Assembly: GCF_001194135.2 (NCBI RefSeq)
Contig: NC_068997.1
Coordinates: forward strand, 9,925,921 to 9,958,238
DNA length: 32,318 bases
DNA from: Octopus bimaculoides
Taxonomy: Eukaryota
Direction: 5' to 3'
How positions within the stretch are numbered: the first letter of the stretch is position 1; the number at the start of each line of letters is the position of its first letter. Of this stretch, positions 10,539-22,219 are shown in pieces. The notes below the pieces were generated by a model. It ran no database searches, was not told where the DNA came from, and saw only the letters and a program-made list of their open reading frames with translations. The translations under genes were made by a program, and so were the position numbers.

Positions 10539-11020
10539 CCTTCTTTGACTTTCCTCCTCCTCCTTTTCTCTAATACCTATTTTGCTTCCCACCACCACCA
10601 CCACCACCACTCTATCAGTCTGCTTTTCTTCCTCTCCATCCTCCAGCCTCTCAGTTCTTATTCTTTCATCTGTCACCATTACTCAGAACATCTTCCAATA
10701 AAATATATCGAAAGCTTTCTCCTAAGAAGAAGGTCACTTTACTAGCAAAATGGAGACAATGATGAAGCCTGAATTGATACATCCAGGAGATTTGCTTCAC
10801 TGAGATGTCGTTACCCAACAGATTAATATATTTACAATAAATACTTGTTTCATTGATTTCCATGCTTGTGTACACTAATCATGCACCGAGTAAAGGACTC
10901 AATACTGGCGAGGAGTCAAAATAATATTTATTGTTAACAGGGCAGAGGAAGGTGGTGGAGCAGGCAGAATTGTAAACACACTGGATAAAGTGCTTAATAG
11001 CATTTTGTTTGTCTTTACAT

Positions 11021-11362
11021 TCATCATCATCATCGCCATCATCATTGTCGTTTAACGTCCGTTTTTCCATGCTGGCATGGGTTGGACGGTTTGACTGGGG
11101 CTGAAAAGCTGGAGGTCTGTACCAGGCACCAGTCTGATTTGGCATGGTTTCTGACAGCTGGATGCCTGCCCTTCCTCACGCCAACCACTCTGAGAGTGTA
11201 ATGGTGGATGCTTTTTTACATGTCACTGGCACAGGTGCCATTTGTGTGACACCAGTGTCTGTCATGACTGTGATTTTGCTCAGCTTGATGGGTCTTCTTC
11301 TCAAGCACAACATAATGCCAACGGTCTTGGTCATTGCCTCCATGAGGCCTAACACTCAACAG
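11021..11362 (-). mobile_element. RTE-like LINE 3' fragment with decayed ORF2 terminus
   Basis: (CAT)n end and shared core; minus strand near 11285-11340 reads DQDRWHYVVLEKKTHQA. Confidence 0.8.
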
Positions 11363-11469
11363 TAGCTCAGCCACTTTGCCTCCATCTCGTTATGAAGTTT
11401 GCTTAGCACCCATTTCATGTTCCATCTCGTTGTATGGCACATTGGGCAAGTGTCTTCTATGATGGATTG

Positions 11470-12122
11470 CATCATCATCATCATCATCGTTTAACATCCA
11501 CTTTCCATGCTAGCATGGGTTGGACGATTTGACTAAGGCCTGGTGAAACCAGATGGCTACACCAGGCTCCAATCTGATCTGGTAGAATTTCTACAGCTGG
11601 ATGCCCTTCCTAACGCCAACCACTCCGAGAGTGTAGTGGGTGCTTTTACGTGCCACCGGCGTGATGGCCAGTCAGGCGGTACTGGCAATGGCCACGCTCA
11701 AAATGGTGTATTTTACGTGCCACCTGCACAGGAGCCAGTCCAGCGGCACTGGCAACGATCTCGCTCGAATGTCTTTACACGTTCCACTGGCACAAATGCC
11801 AGGAAGGCGACGCTGAGCACAGGTGCTATCACTATTTCGCTTTCGCTTGCCCCAGCAGGTCTTCGCAAGCCGAGTTTCGTATCCAATGAAGGAGACGACG
11901 TTGGCATGGGTGCCAGTCATCGAATTTAGTTTGATTTCAATTTCACTTGCCTCAACAGGTCTTCGCAAGTGGAGTTTAGTGTCCAATGAAGGAAAAGTAC
12001 ACATAAGAGAGCTGGCTACACCCATGGCAGAGGCCTTGGATTTAGGTCTCACTTGGCTTGCTGGGTCTTCTCACACACAGCATATTTCCAAAGGTCTTGG
12101 TCAGAAGTCATCGCCTCTGTGA
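11470..12122 (-). mobile_element. Longest RTE-like LINE 3' fragment: ORF2 terminus + long internally repetitive 3' UTR
   Basis: Minus strand at 12050-12122 reads TEAMTSDQDLWKYAVCEKTQQAK*. The UTR has acgtgccacc-initiated subrepeats (~11638, ~11716) and a duplicated caggtcttcgcaag..tccaatgaagga block (~11856, ~11956). Confidence 0.8.
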
Positions 12123-12480
12123 TTATAGACAATTTCTAAAAGCTCTTGGCTTTGCAGTGCTTTACAGGCGTGGCCATGCTGGATCTTCCATCCAGCAACT
12201 AAACCTGTCTGATATACAAGAAGAGTAACAAAACCATCTGAGACACACTCATCCAGTGTCTGTGCATTTCGGATTTGTGTGTTCATGTCAAACCACTGTC
12301 GATTGCACACAGGATGTGGCTCTGGCTATGAGCCAAGTTTATTGGGAAGACTGACTCGTTGTTTTCCTTTGGCTAAGAAGAATGGAAAATCTTCCATGGT
12401 TTGGTTGTTATGGTGAGATAAATTGCATGCTGGCTATGGTTGAACAGTTTGAGGGCAAGACCATTTCCTCTCAGGAAGAG
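12123..12480 (+). mobile_element. Probable L1/Tx1-like LINE ORF2 C-terminal fragment
   Basis: Reads IIDNF*KLLALQCF...KTI*DTLIQCLCISDLCVHV...IFHGLVVMVR*IACW. This resembles, from memory, the C-terminal Cys-rich region of Tx1-type ORF2. Heavily decayed. Confidence 0.45.
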
Positions 12481-12499
12481 TTAGATAGTTAAAAAAAAA

Positions 12500-12735
12500 A
12501 CATGTGCTGCTGGATGAAAACTATCTGTATATTCTGAGGAGTTTAGAGTTTGTTAGCATGGAAGATTTTGCATTATTGAGCATCTGCCAAGAAAACGCTA
12601 TCATTAAAGGAGCCTTTCTGTGGCCATTTAACTTGCTAAAACAATCAACCAAATCTTCCTCAAATCACAATCCTATTGTCTTTTATGAAAAAGGTGGGAC
12701 AGATTAGATAACTTCATCTTAGCTATGACATTCTT
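12500..12735 (+). repeat. Dispersed repeat, copy 1 (copy 2 at 15720-15950)
   Basis: Shared blocks aactatctgtat..ctgaggagt.tagagtt.gttagcatggaa and gggacagattagataacttcatctt. Confidence 0.75.
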
Positions 12736-12859
12736 TCTTTGTGGGAGCAGTCGAGTTTATTTCAGATATTCTCATTTTAAAAAATCATCTCCGGCTAATC
12801 GTTGAGAGGACGTTGGTGTTGCCTTTGTGGAGGTTTGTGCTCTCTAAGTGCTCTTTGTT

Positions 12860-12863
12860 ATCA

Positions 12864-12921
<58 letters not shown>

Positions 12922-13273
12922 TATTATTATTNNNNNNNNNNNNNNNNNNNNNNNNNNNNNNNNNNNNNNNNNNNNNNNNNNNNNNNNNNNNNNNNNNNNN
13001 NNNNNNNNNNNNNNNNNNNNNNNNNNNNNNNNNNNNNNNNNNNNNNNNNNNNNNNNNNNNNNNNNNNNNNNNNNNNNNNNNNNNNNNNNNNNNNNNNNNN
13101 NNNNNNNNNNNNNNNNNNNNNNNNNNNNNNNNNNNNNNNNNNNNNNNNNNNNNNNNNNNNNNNNNNNNNNNNNNNNNNNNNNNNNNNNNNNNNNNNNNNN
13201 NNNNNNNNNNNNNNNNNNNNNNNNNNNNNNNNNNNNNNNTTATTATTATTACCATTATTATTATTATTATTAA

Positions 13274-13306
<33 letters not shown>

Positions 13307-13333
13307 TATTATTATTATTACCATTATTATTAC

Positions 13334-13384
<51 letters not shown>

Positions 13385-13757
13385 TATTATTATTGTTATT
13401 ATTAAAATAAATCATAATTGTTATATTCATTATCATCACCATCATCATAATCATCATTGTCATCACCACCACCACCACCACCACTATCATCATCATCATA
13501 GTGATTCTGTTCCACTAGCACATTCTTCATTCTTCAGTGTTAATTGCCTTGCTATAATCACCAGCCAATTGAGTTTGGTGTTGACAGAGGAATTAGGAAG
13601 TATTACAACTACTAATTCGGTTGAATCTCTCTTCCTTCCTTCCTTCCTTCCTTCCTTTCATTCTCACCACCTTTCTTTTGGTTTCATTTTCTTTTTTGCC
13701 GTTACTGCTTGCTTGTTTTGTTTTGTTTGTTGCTGCTGCAGCTGCAGCTGCTGCTGC

Positions 13758-13797
<40 letters not shown>

Positions 13798-13800
13798 AGA
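12860..13800. repeat. Compound trinucleotide microsatellite field: (ATT)n across a gap, (CAT/CAC)n, (CTTC)n, (GCT)n(GTT)n
   Basis: Directly visible; N-gap at 12932-13239. Confidence 0.95.
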
Positions 13801-14367
13801 TTTGGAAATACCATTAGCCATTTTTATATTACAGCCAAGTTCTTTTTAACAAAGGTAATTCTTTTTTTAATGGCTTCAGTTAATGACAATTCCATTTCTT
13901 CTACCTAAATGCCTGACTTGTAGCTGATAATGACAAATTATCAATTACATCGTCGTAGAGTCGTGGCAGCTATTTAAAATACACAATATATTCCATTATA
14001 TTCACTTTTGTATTCTGTTTTATTGAGTATCGAAGTCTTTCATCGTATATGAATGACCTGGTCAATGACTCTATATTTCACTGTGGAATCATTGCTGGGA
14101 TGCGGAGGGGAGGAGAGTGTGAGCGATCAGCCTGGAGAGGTGTGACAAAAGACTTTCATACTTAATAGTGTATAATATACTATTGCGATACTATATAATA
14201 CTATATGATATACAACAATAGTACTGTATAATAGTATGTAATATACTATTACAATATAGAGGTGTTTTCAATGGCTACCGTGATTCAATCGTGATGCAAT
14301 TATTTCAAATTTCAATATGCGATCACGGATCAAATAGCTTTTCAAATGAATTGAAGCTTGAAAAGTA

Positions 14368-14729
14368 TATCATCATCATTGTCGTTGTTGTCGTCATCAT
14401 CATCATTGTCATCATCATCAATTTCATCATTGTCACCATCATCATCATGATCATTGTCATCATCATCATCATAGTCATCATCATTGTTGTTGTCATCATC
14501 ATTGTCATCGTCATCACCCTGATCATCATCAGCATTGTCATGATCATCATTGTCACGATGTAAAAGCGATGATGATGATGATGACTGCAGTGATAACAAT
14601 GATGACAATAATTATGATGAAAATGATGATGGCGATGATGATGATCATTATCATCATCATCATCGTCTTCATCATTTTCATCATAATTATTGTCGTCATT
14701 GTCATCGTCATCATCATCGCTTTTACATC
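14368..14729. repeat. Degenerate (CAT)/(GAT) field containing a 173-bp palindrome at 14557-14729
   Basis: gatgtaaaagcg at 14557 pairs with cgcttttacatc at 14718-14729; the internal acaataattatgatgaaaatgatga is also mirrored. Confidence 0.9.
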
Positions 14730-15059
14730 TGCTTCTTTTCATCCTGGCATGGATTGGACAAGAGCCCTTGAGGCAGTATCTCCTACGGCAGGCTGCCCCT
14801 TCCAAACCCTAACCATTTCCTGTTTTTAAGATAAGCAATTGTCTTTCTCTTTCTCCGTCTTCACAAGTCAAACCACTTCTGAGTGTCTTCTTTCCATCCA
14901 GACATAGGTCGGATGAGACCTTGTGCAGCAGTATCACATCTATGTAAAATGATGTGGATGCTGTATGTGTGTATGTGTGTGTTTATTTATGTGCAATAAA
15001 AAGGGATTACTTATACAAATCATAACTTTGTCAATGCAACTCTTTATGTGAAAGGGAAG

Positions 15060-15600
15060 GTAGAAAGGGAAGATATGGAATACTTGTAAGAATTGTAAGT
15101 GGTGTTGATCGTCAGGCATGAGGAAAGTTTCCTTTGAACTTCCCAATTAAGAATTTGGGTGTAAGTCTGCTAGTTCAAATTAAGTTGCTTTACGTTTTTT
15201 AATGGTAGGATGTAGAGTTTCTCTGTAAGACATTGGTTGCAACAGTCTTACTGATTCATAAAAATCTGTGTTTGATCCATCATTACTCATGAGGTATAGG
15301 TTATCTCCCCTTTGCTTTCAGATTTCCAAAAGTACTTTGAAAATGTTGTGGTGTTTTCTAGGCAACTTTTGAAAGAGTGCTCTGATAAAATTATTTCGTT
15401 GTTCAGTTTATATTTGTTGTTTAGGTAGTTTTTCAATACTGGTTTTTATTATATATTTATGTTCCATGATAGGTTATATCATATACCATTTCTCTTCCTG
15501 GAATTTTTTAATGTTTTTGATGACCTCCATAAAAAAACATGTCTGTCATCTCTGAACAACTTGAATTCTCAAATTGGCATTTATCGGTGTTTTACAAAAC
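15060..15600 (-). mobile_element. Penelope-like element fragment (GIY-YIG endonuclease C-terminal region)
   Basis: Minus strand reads HSFKSCLENTTTFSKYFWK...CNQCLTEKLYIL (15206-15241), matching the Penelope T.LSK.IW and CNLCL.EK..IL motifs. Confidence 0.7.
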
Positions 15601-15719
15601 TAACAGTATTTCAATTCTCTTCTGTGTTGTGTGTGTGAGAGAAAGAGAGAGAGAGAGACACACACACACGCACACACACACACACACACACAAACACACA
15701 TACAGAAAAACATAGTTAA

Positions 15720-16035
15720 AAGTTATATGCTACTAGATGAAACTATCTGTATGCTCTGAGGAGTGTAGAGTTGGTTAGCATGGAATATTTTACATTATTG
15801 AGTGTCTTCAAAAGGTGCTACCACTAAAGGAGCATTTCTGTGGCCCATTTGACCTGCTAGAACAATCAGCCGAATCTCCCTCAAATCACAACCCTGCTGT
15901 TTTTTTAAAAAGGTAGGACAGATTAGATAACTTCATCTTGGATACAGCATCTAAATAAAGACAGGATGGCCATGGCTGAAATGCATTTGATCATAGATCT
16001 GCTGGGTCCTTGCTGACCGGGTGCTAAATCAACAC
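15720..16035 (+). repeat. Dispersed repeat, copy 2, extended into a tail module ending ..gctaaatcaac
   Basis: Homologous to 12500-12735; related tail pieces at 16180-16265, 20040-20220 and 20700-20770 (reverse complement). Confidence 0.7.
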
Positions 16036-17604
16036 ATCAATGCCTAATCTTAAAAATAGCAGCGAAATTTCCTCCAAGTCTTGAAAAAAAAGAAGTAAAG
16101 GATACATTGGATAACGTTGAGCTTGATAACTAAAAAAAACAAAAACCACAAAACAAACAAATAATAATAATAATAATAATAATAAACAGGATGATCAAAG
16201 CTGGAATGTCTTTCATCATGAGTCTGGTTGATTAGGATTGACTTGGGGCTAAACAACAACAACGAACAATCATGCATTAGCATCACTGACTTTGGCACCG
16301 CCACCACCACCACCACCACCACTATCACCACTACTACTACTGCTGCTGCTGCTACTACTNNNNNNNNNNNNNNNNNNNNNNNNNNNNNNNNNNNNNNNNN
16401 NNNNNNNNNNNNNNNNNNNNNNNNNNNNNNNNNNNNNNNNNNNNNNNNNNNNNNNNNNNNNNNNNNNNNNNNNNNNNNNNNNNNNNNNNNNNNNNNNNNN
16501 NNNNNNNNNNNNNNNNNNNNNNNNNNNNNNNNNNNNNNNNNNNNNNNNNNNNNNNNNNNNNNNNNNNNNNNNNNNNNNNNNNNNNNNNNNNNNNNNNNNN
16601 NNNNNNNNNNNNNNNNNNNNNNNNNNNNNNNNNNNNNNNNNNNNNNNNNNNNNNNNNNNNNNNNNNNNNNNNNNNNNNNNNNNNNNNNNNNNNNNNNNNN
16701 NNNNNNNNNNNNNNNNNNNNNNNNNNNNNNNNNNNNNNNNNNNNNNNNNNNNNNNNNNNNNNNNNNNNNNNNNNNNNNNNNNNNNNNNNNNNNNNNNNNN
16801 NNNNNNNNNNNNNNNNNNNNNNNNNNNNNNNNNNNNNNNNNNNNNNNNNNNNNNNNNNNNNNNNNNNNNNNNNNNNNNNNNNNNNNNNNNNNNNNNNNNN
16901 NNNNNNNNNNNNNNNNNNNNNNNNNNNNNNNNNNNNNNNNNNNNNNNNNNNNNNNNNNNNNNNNNNNNNNNNNNNNNNNNNNNNNNNNNNNNNNNNNNNN
17001 NNNNNNNNNNNNNNNNNNNNNNNNNNNNNNNNNNNNNNNNNNNNNNNNNNNNNNNNNNNNNNNNNNNNNNNNNNNNNNNNNNNNNNNNNNNNNNNNNNNN
17101 NNNNNNNNNNNNNNNNNNNNNNNNNNNNNNNNNNNNNNNNNNNNNNNNNNNNNNNNNNNNNNNNNNNNNNNNNNNNNNNNNNNNNNNNNNNNNNNNNNNN
17201 NNNNNNNNNNNNNNNNNNNNNNNNNNNNNNNNNNNNNNNNNNNNNNNNNNNNNNNNNNNNNNNNNNNNNNNNNNNNNNNNNNNNNNNNNNNNNNNNNNNN
17301 NNNNNNTAGCTTGCAGTCATAGGTTCAATTCTCTCTCCTCCCCTCACTACCCCTACTGAAAGCACCCACCATTGATTTACTGGTGTTCTGTTTCTCTGTT
17401 TTTTTGTTCTTTTCTTTGTCTTCTTCTACACTTTCCTCTATTAGACTGACCTCTGCTCCAACGACCTTTCCTGCAACGTCTATGAAAGTAGAAAGGTTTA
17501 GGCCTTGTGCCTATAGCAGAAAGGATTACCATCATCATTATTGTTATTATTATTATTAGCGAGATTAAAAAAACTTGTGGATTTAGTGATATATATATAT
17601 ATAT

Positions 17605-17688
17605 ATATGACAAGCTTCTTTCAGTTTCCATCTACTAAAGCCTTGTGAGTGGATTTGGTAGATGGAAACTGAAAGAAGCCTGTCATAT
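17605..17688. repeat. Fold-back hairpin made of two S2-SINE ends
   Basis: 35-bp arms (17605-17639 and 17654-17688) with 2 mismatches and a 14-nt loop; (AT)n on both sides. Confidence 0.9.
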
Positions 17689-18052
17689 NNNNNNNNNNNN
17701 NNNNNNNNNNNNNNNNNNNNNNNNNNNNNNNNNNNNNNNNNNNNNNNNNNNNNNNNNNNNNNNNNNNNNNNNNNNNNNNNNNNNNNNNNNNNNNNNNNNN
17801 NNNNNNNNNNNNNNNNNNNNNNNNNNNNNNNNNNNNNNNNNNNNNNNNNNNNNNNNNNNNNNNNNNNNNNNNNNNNNNNNNNNNNNNNNNNNNNNNNNNN
17901 NNNNNNNNNNNNNNNNNNNNNNNNNNNNNNNNNNNNNNNNNNNNNNNNNNNNNNNNNNNNNNNNNNNNNNNNNNNNNNNNNNNNNNNNNNNNNNNNNNNN
18001 NNNNNNNNNNNNNNNNNNNNNNNNNNNNNNNNNNNNNNNNNNNNNNNNNNNN

Positions 18053-18086
<34 letters not shown>

Positions 18087-18959
18087 TATACACAAAGCTC
18101 TCTGCACCTGAGTCACTTTGTAACCTCTGCTGATTAAAATAAGAATATCACAAAAACATAGATTTTAAAAATATATAAGAAACAGACATTCATGTTTTTT
18201 CAAGTCTATTTATCCTGTTTGTACTACCAAACTTATATGTGTATCTATGCATATGTATATATACACACTCACATATATATATATGTGTGTGTGTATACAT
18301 ACATGTATGTGTGCATAGATATATGTATGTATGTATATAAAATTATATAACCTTGTGTATATTAATTAAATGAATAAACCTTTAGATTTTAAAAAAATAT
18401 ATACCCCTTGTTGTGTGGATTACAGTAAAAGTTTTATATTGTTGAAATTCAGAAGTTATCACAACACAGGGAAACAAAAAAAAAAAAGAAAGAAAATTGT
18501 TTTGGTCTTTTATTTAACTTTGTTTATTTTTTTTCATTGCTATTCTTTCTTTTATTCTTCCCTATTTTACCAAAAAATTCTACTTTCAAAGAATTTGTTT
18601 CAACTCTGCTGTGATTATTTTGTTTGTAATTTTCCTCTTTAAATCTCTCTTTTTTTAAGAAAAATAAAAATATAAATACTTTTTCTCTTTTCAATTTTTT
18701 TTTTTTTTACTTTAATCATATTTTTTTTTTGTTCGTTTGTGTTATTTATTTTTTTATTCTTAGTACCATTGAATATAAACAAATGATTTGTTTGAAAATA
18801 AATGGGTTTGTTTTCATTTTGTTTCCTCCTTTGTCTCACCTCTTTGGTTAAGTTCTGGACTTAAATTACCTTTTGATTATTAGGTACGATTAGTTATGAT
18901 CCATTACATTCTGAGTTCAAATATTGCCAGGGTGAGGTTTATCTTTCATTCATTTTTGC

Positions 18960-19342
18960 ATCTTTTATCTTTCACTCGTTTCAGTCATTGGACTGCGGCC
19001 ATACTGGGGCATTGTTTTGAAAAATATTTAATTGAACAAGTCAAATTCAATACTTTTTTTCTTAAGTTAGATACTACTGTTGGTTTGTTTACATCCTGTA
19101 AACAAACCAAGACCAGTTGTCAAGCAGTGGTGGAAGACAAATACAAACACAAAGACACACACACATTTACACACACACATTTACACACACACATTCACAC
19201 ACACGACAGGCTTCCATGCAGTTTTCATCTACCAAATTCACTCTCAAAGCATTGTGACACCAAGACAATTTCCCAAAGTACTGCTTAGTGGGACTGAACC
19301 CAAAACCACATGGTTTGCAAAGCAAGCTTCTTAATCACACAA
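18960..19342 (-). mobile_element. Composite SINE: head S2 + (AC)n + tail module C
   Basis: Head reverse complement at 19205-19342, (AC)n at 19150-19205, tail homologous to 23858-24035 in reverse complement. Confidence 0.7.
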
Positions 19343-19384
19343 CCAATAAAATATCAATCAGACAGGGTACTTTTTTAAATCGAC

Positions 19385-19545
19385 TAGTCTTTGCTCCAAA
19401 TGGTGTGGTCTTGTTCCAGGGCCACTTGCTGAATGGTTTCATGAGGCATATAGATTACTAAAAGATGATTCTTCAGTTCATCTTTGTATTTGAGTTTTGG
19501 CCATCTAACATTTCTGCGACCCCTATCAAGTTGGCTATATCTGTT
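19385..19545 (-). mobile_element. RTE-clade (BovB-like) LINE ORF2 C-terminal fragment
   Basis: Minus strand reads YSQLDRGRRNVRWPKLKYKDELKNHL...QVALEQDHTIW, resembling the LYGEL..G.R..GRP..RYKD.LK pattern. Confidence 0.65.
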
Positions 19546-19599
19546 TTATATATATAATGAACAAAAGGGTAAAGAACACACTTCAGTTATGATTGACCG

Positions 19600-19895
19600 T
19601 GAGATTGCACCTAGGAAGTTCCCTCTGAGGCACAAATCCGGGCTAGGTTGTTTATGGAAGACCAGCAGTTGCCTGTGCGTACCAGCCTCCCTTCTCCATG
19701 CAACTGATGTTGCCCAAGGGAAAGGCAAAGGCTGAAAGAGGTTAGCACCAGTGATGTCACCACTCATTTCTACAGCTGAGTGAACTGGAGCAACGTGAAA
19801 TAAAGTGTCTTGCTCAAGAACGCAATACAGTGTCTGGCCAGAGAATCAAACACACTACCTCACAATTGTAAGCCCAATGCTCTAACCACTGAGCC
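19600..19895 (-). mobile_element. SINE with the S4 head and central block but a different 3' module
   Basis: 19765-19895 is homologous to 25820-25968; 19600-19760 is unrelated to the S3/S4 3' half. Confidence 0.7.
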
Positions 19896-20334
19896 ACACA
19901 CACACACACACACACTAACATACATGTTGTTGTTGTCGTTTTGTCACAGGTAAGCCTTCATTGAGCAGACCTGATCTAAGGTATCAGTCAACAAATTCAT
20001 TCATGAGATAACAAATGAATCTCTCTGTACTAGCTTTACCAGAGAGAAATAGCAGCCACATCTCCTTCAAACTGCACAGTGCCATCTTGCAAATTGAAGG
20101 AAACAGCAGATAATGTGGTCCCAAATACACACTGACTACTAAAAGGACGAGAAGGCGTATGTTTGGAATACCTTTGATAACAGGTATGGTCAGGTGTTAA
20201 TGAAGACCAACAAGGTGTTAGCTATAATAAAATAAATGATCTTATTGTATACAGTGCTCAGGTGCACTACACCTCATCACAAAAAAGTAGCCAAAATGGC
20301 ATGAACGGTACCGTGCCCTTCCCACCTGCCCATC

Positions 20335-20665
20335 TTAAGATTCCTTGTCTTACGAGTTATTTGGTGATCTTGCCAGTGCTGGTGCCACATAAAAAGCATC
20401 CAGTCCACACTGTAAAGTGGTTGGCATTTGGAAGGGCATCCAGCTATAAAAGTTATGTCAAAACTAACCTCATCTGTGCTAGTGCCACATAAAAAGCACT
20501 GAGTCCATTCTGCAGAGTTAGGAAGGGCATCCAGCTGTAAAAACCCTGCCAAAATGGACATAGTAGCCTAGGGTAGTTTTCTGCCTGGCTGGCTCCTGTC
20601 AACTGTCCTACCCATGCATGCATGGAAGACTGGACATTAAATGATGATGATGATGATGATGATTT
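20335..20665 (+). mobile_element. RTE-like LINE 3' fragment with an internal ~100-bp duplication
   Basis: gtgct.gtgccacataaaaagca occurs at ~20376 and ~20477; (GAT)n tail at 20641-20663. Confidence 0.75.
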
Positions 20666-21117
20666 ACAACTGAGGCTACATTATCCAAATCATACCCTTC
20701 CATGATGTGATTTGAGGAAAATTTGGCTACTATTTCTGCATGGTCTAGTTACTACATAGAGGCATCCTCTATGTGTATGTTGACTGTTTTTGTAAAATAT
20801 ATTTCCTGCAAGGATATGAAATAACCAATTTACTTCAGTTAAAGCACTTTCGATTCTTTGATTTTCCACTTTTTTTTTTTTTTTTTTTTACGATTATTTC
20901 TTTACATGTTTTTGGTCAATGTGGCTATCAGTCTTTGCTGCTAAATATTAAAAAAAATATATAATAATAAAAATGATATATATATATTTTTTTTAAATTG
21001 GTAAAGAAAAAGAAGGAAAAGAAAGATTCTCTTCCTTGCTGCAAACATCTAAGTGGATCATTTGTTTATCTTGTTAACTCTATTATCAATTTGAAGCTTG
21101 TTCTTACCCTGAATTCC

Positions 21118-21152
<35 letters not shown>

Positions 21153-21554
21153 TACACATATGCAAAACACACACACACACGAACACATAGAACTACACAT
21201 ACACACTTATAAAACACACATATTTTCCCATTATTTTTCATCTACCTTTGATGTGAGACACATGTACAAGCATTGAATTATAAAAATAAAATATAAAATT
21301 AAGAAAGAAAGAAAGAAAGAAATATTGCAAGTGTTGATTGTTAGCAGAGATTTATCTAATATTTCTTCTCCCTCCTTTCTTTCTTTCTCCACATACACAT
21401 AAACACATTCTCATATGTGCCCCTTAAGTCATCAATCAATGTTATTGTAGAGATGGAGCCACATATTTTCGACTTCATTGCCGTATATATATCATATATC
21501 TCTTTTAATATATTCCAATGAAGTTTTGCTCTCTTCCCTCATCTCATAATTTAC

Positions 21555-21601
21555 CTGCTATACTTTCACTTTCTACATGAGGAAGTTTTTCGTTTTGCCA
21601 T
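21555..21601 (-). CDS. Candidate 47-nt internal exon
   Basis: Minus strand has tctttatag|...gcag|gtaaat. Only one frame is open: WQNEKLPHVESESIA. Confidence 0.22.
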
Positions 21602-22219
21602 CTATAAAGATCAGGTGCGATGTTTTAATGGCTAAGTGGATGAGTGAAAGTGTTTATCACTTGGCTCAGGATCCACATGTTTTTGCCATACCATTTGCAT
21701 GGCCATACTGTGTCCACTGTAAGGTTTTTTTAAAAAAAAATTTCTAGGACTTGGAAGATAGATATTGTTTTTACAGCTGTAACCTCTTCCTAACGCCAAA
21801 ATCTGAACGCTAAAGGGTTAAACAACAGAAGAGGGTTGCATGAATGTGTGTGCCATATGGACAAAAAATACCTCTTTTTCTTGAGGGTAATTTTTATGCT
21901 TATTTTCACTGCAAATAAGTCCGAAATTATAATAATTCTTGATTACTTGCACAATAAAATTTTCAAACATATTATCTAAAAGTGCTGTAAAATATCCCAT
22001 TTACTTTGATGACAACCGTATCCATATAAAATTTTTGAAACCTTAATTGATGAGGTCCACTATTCTCTAATGGAACATCAATTGATGATATCTGCTGTTT
22101 AAGGGTCAACATGGGTAGTGGAAGCTTTGAATAAAATCTGATTTAGGTTAGTTTGTTGTTGCCAAGACCTAAACCAGCTCTGATTAAGTAGAGCTATGAT
22201 TAGAGGCCCTCCAGTTATA

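Noticed and set aside
9950-10720. Protein-like minus-strand stretches (FIPFFELSEELLADIGPDLLPQ; ESFRYILLEDVLSN), and similarly LPRLYDDVIDNL near 13950
   Set aside because: They lack a convincing pair of splice sites or run into stops, and no family is recognised.
11630-11830. CRISPR-like repeat/spacer pattern (recurring gtgccac motifs, also at 2155-2440)
   Set aside because: The repeats are degenerate subrepeats inside a LINE 3' UTR with no constant repeat length or unique spacers; the context is eukaryotic and there are no cas genes.
19385-19500. Plus-strand exon-like GPLAEWFHEAYRLLKDD
   Set aside because: The opposite strand reads as an RTE ORF2 terminus, which explains the sequence.
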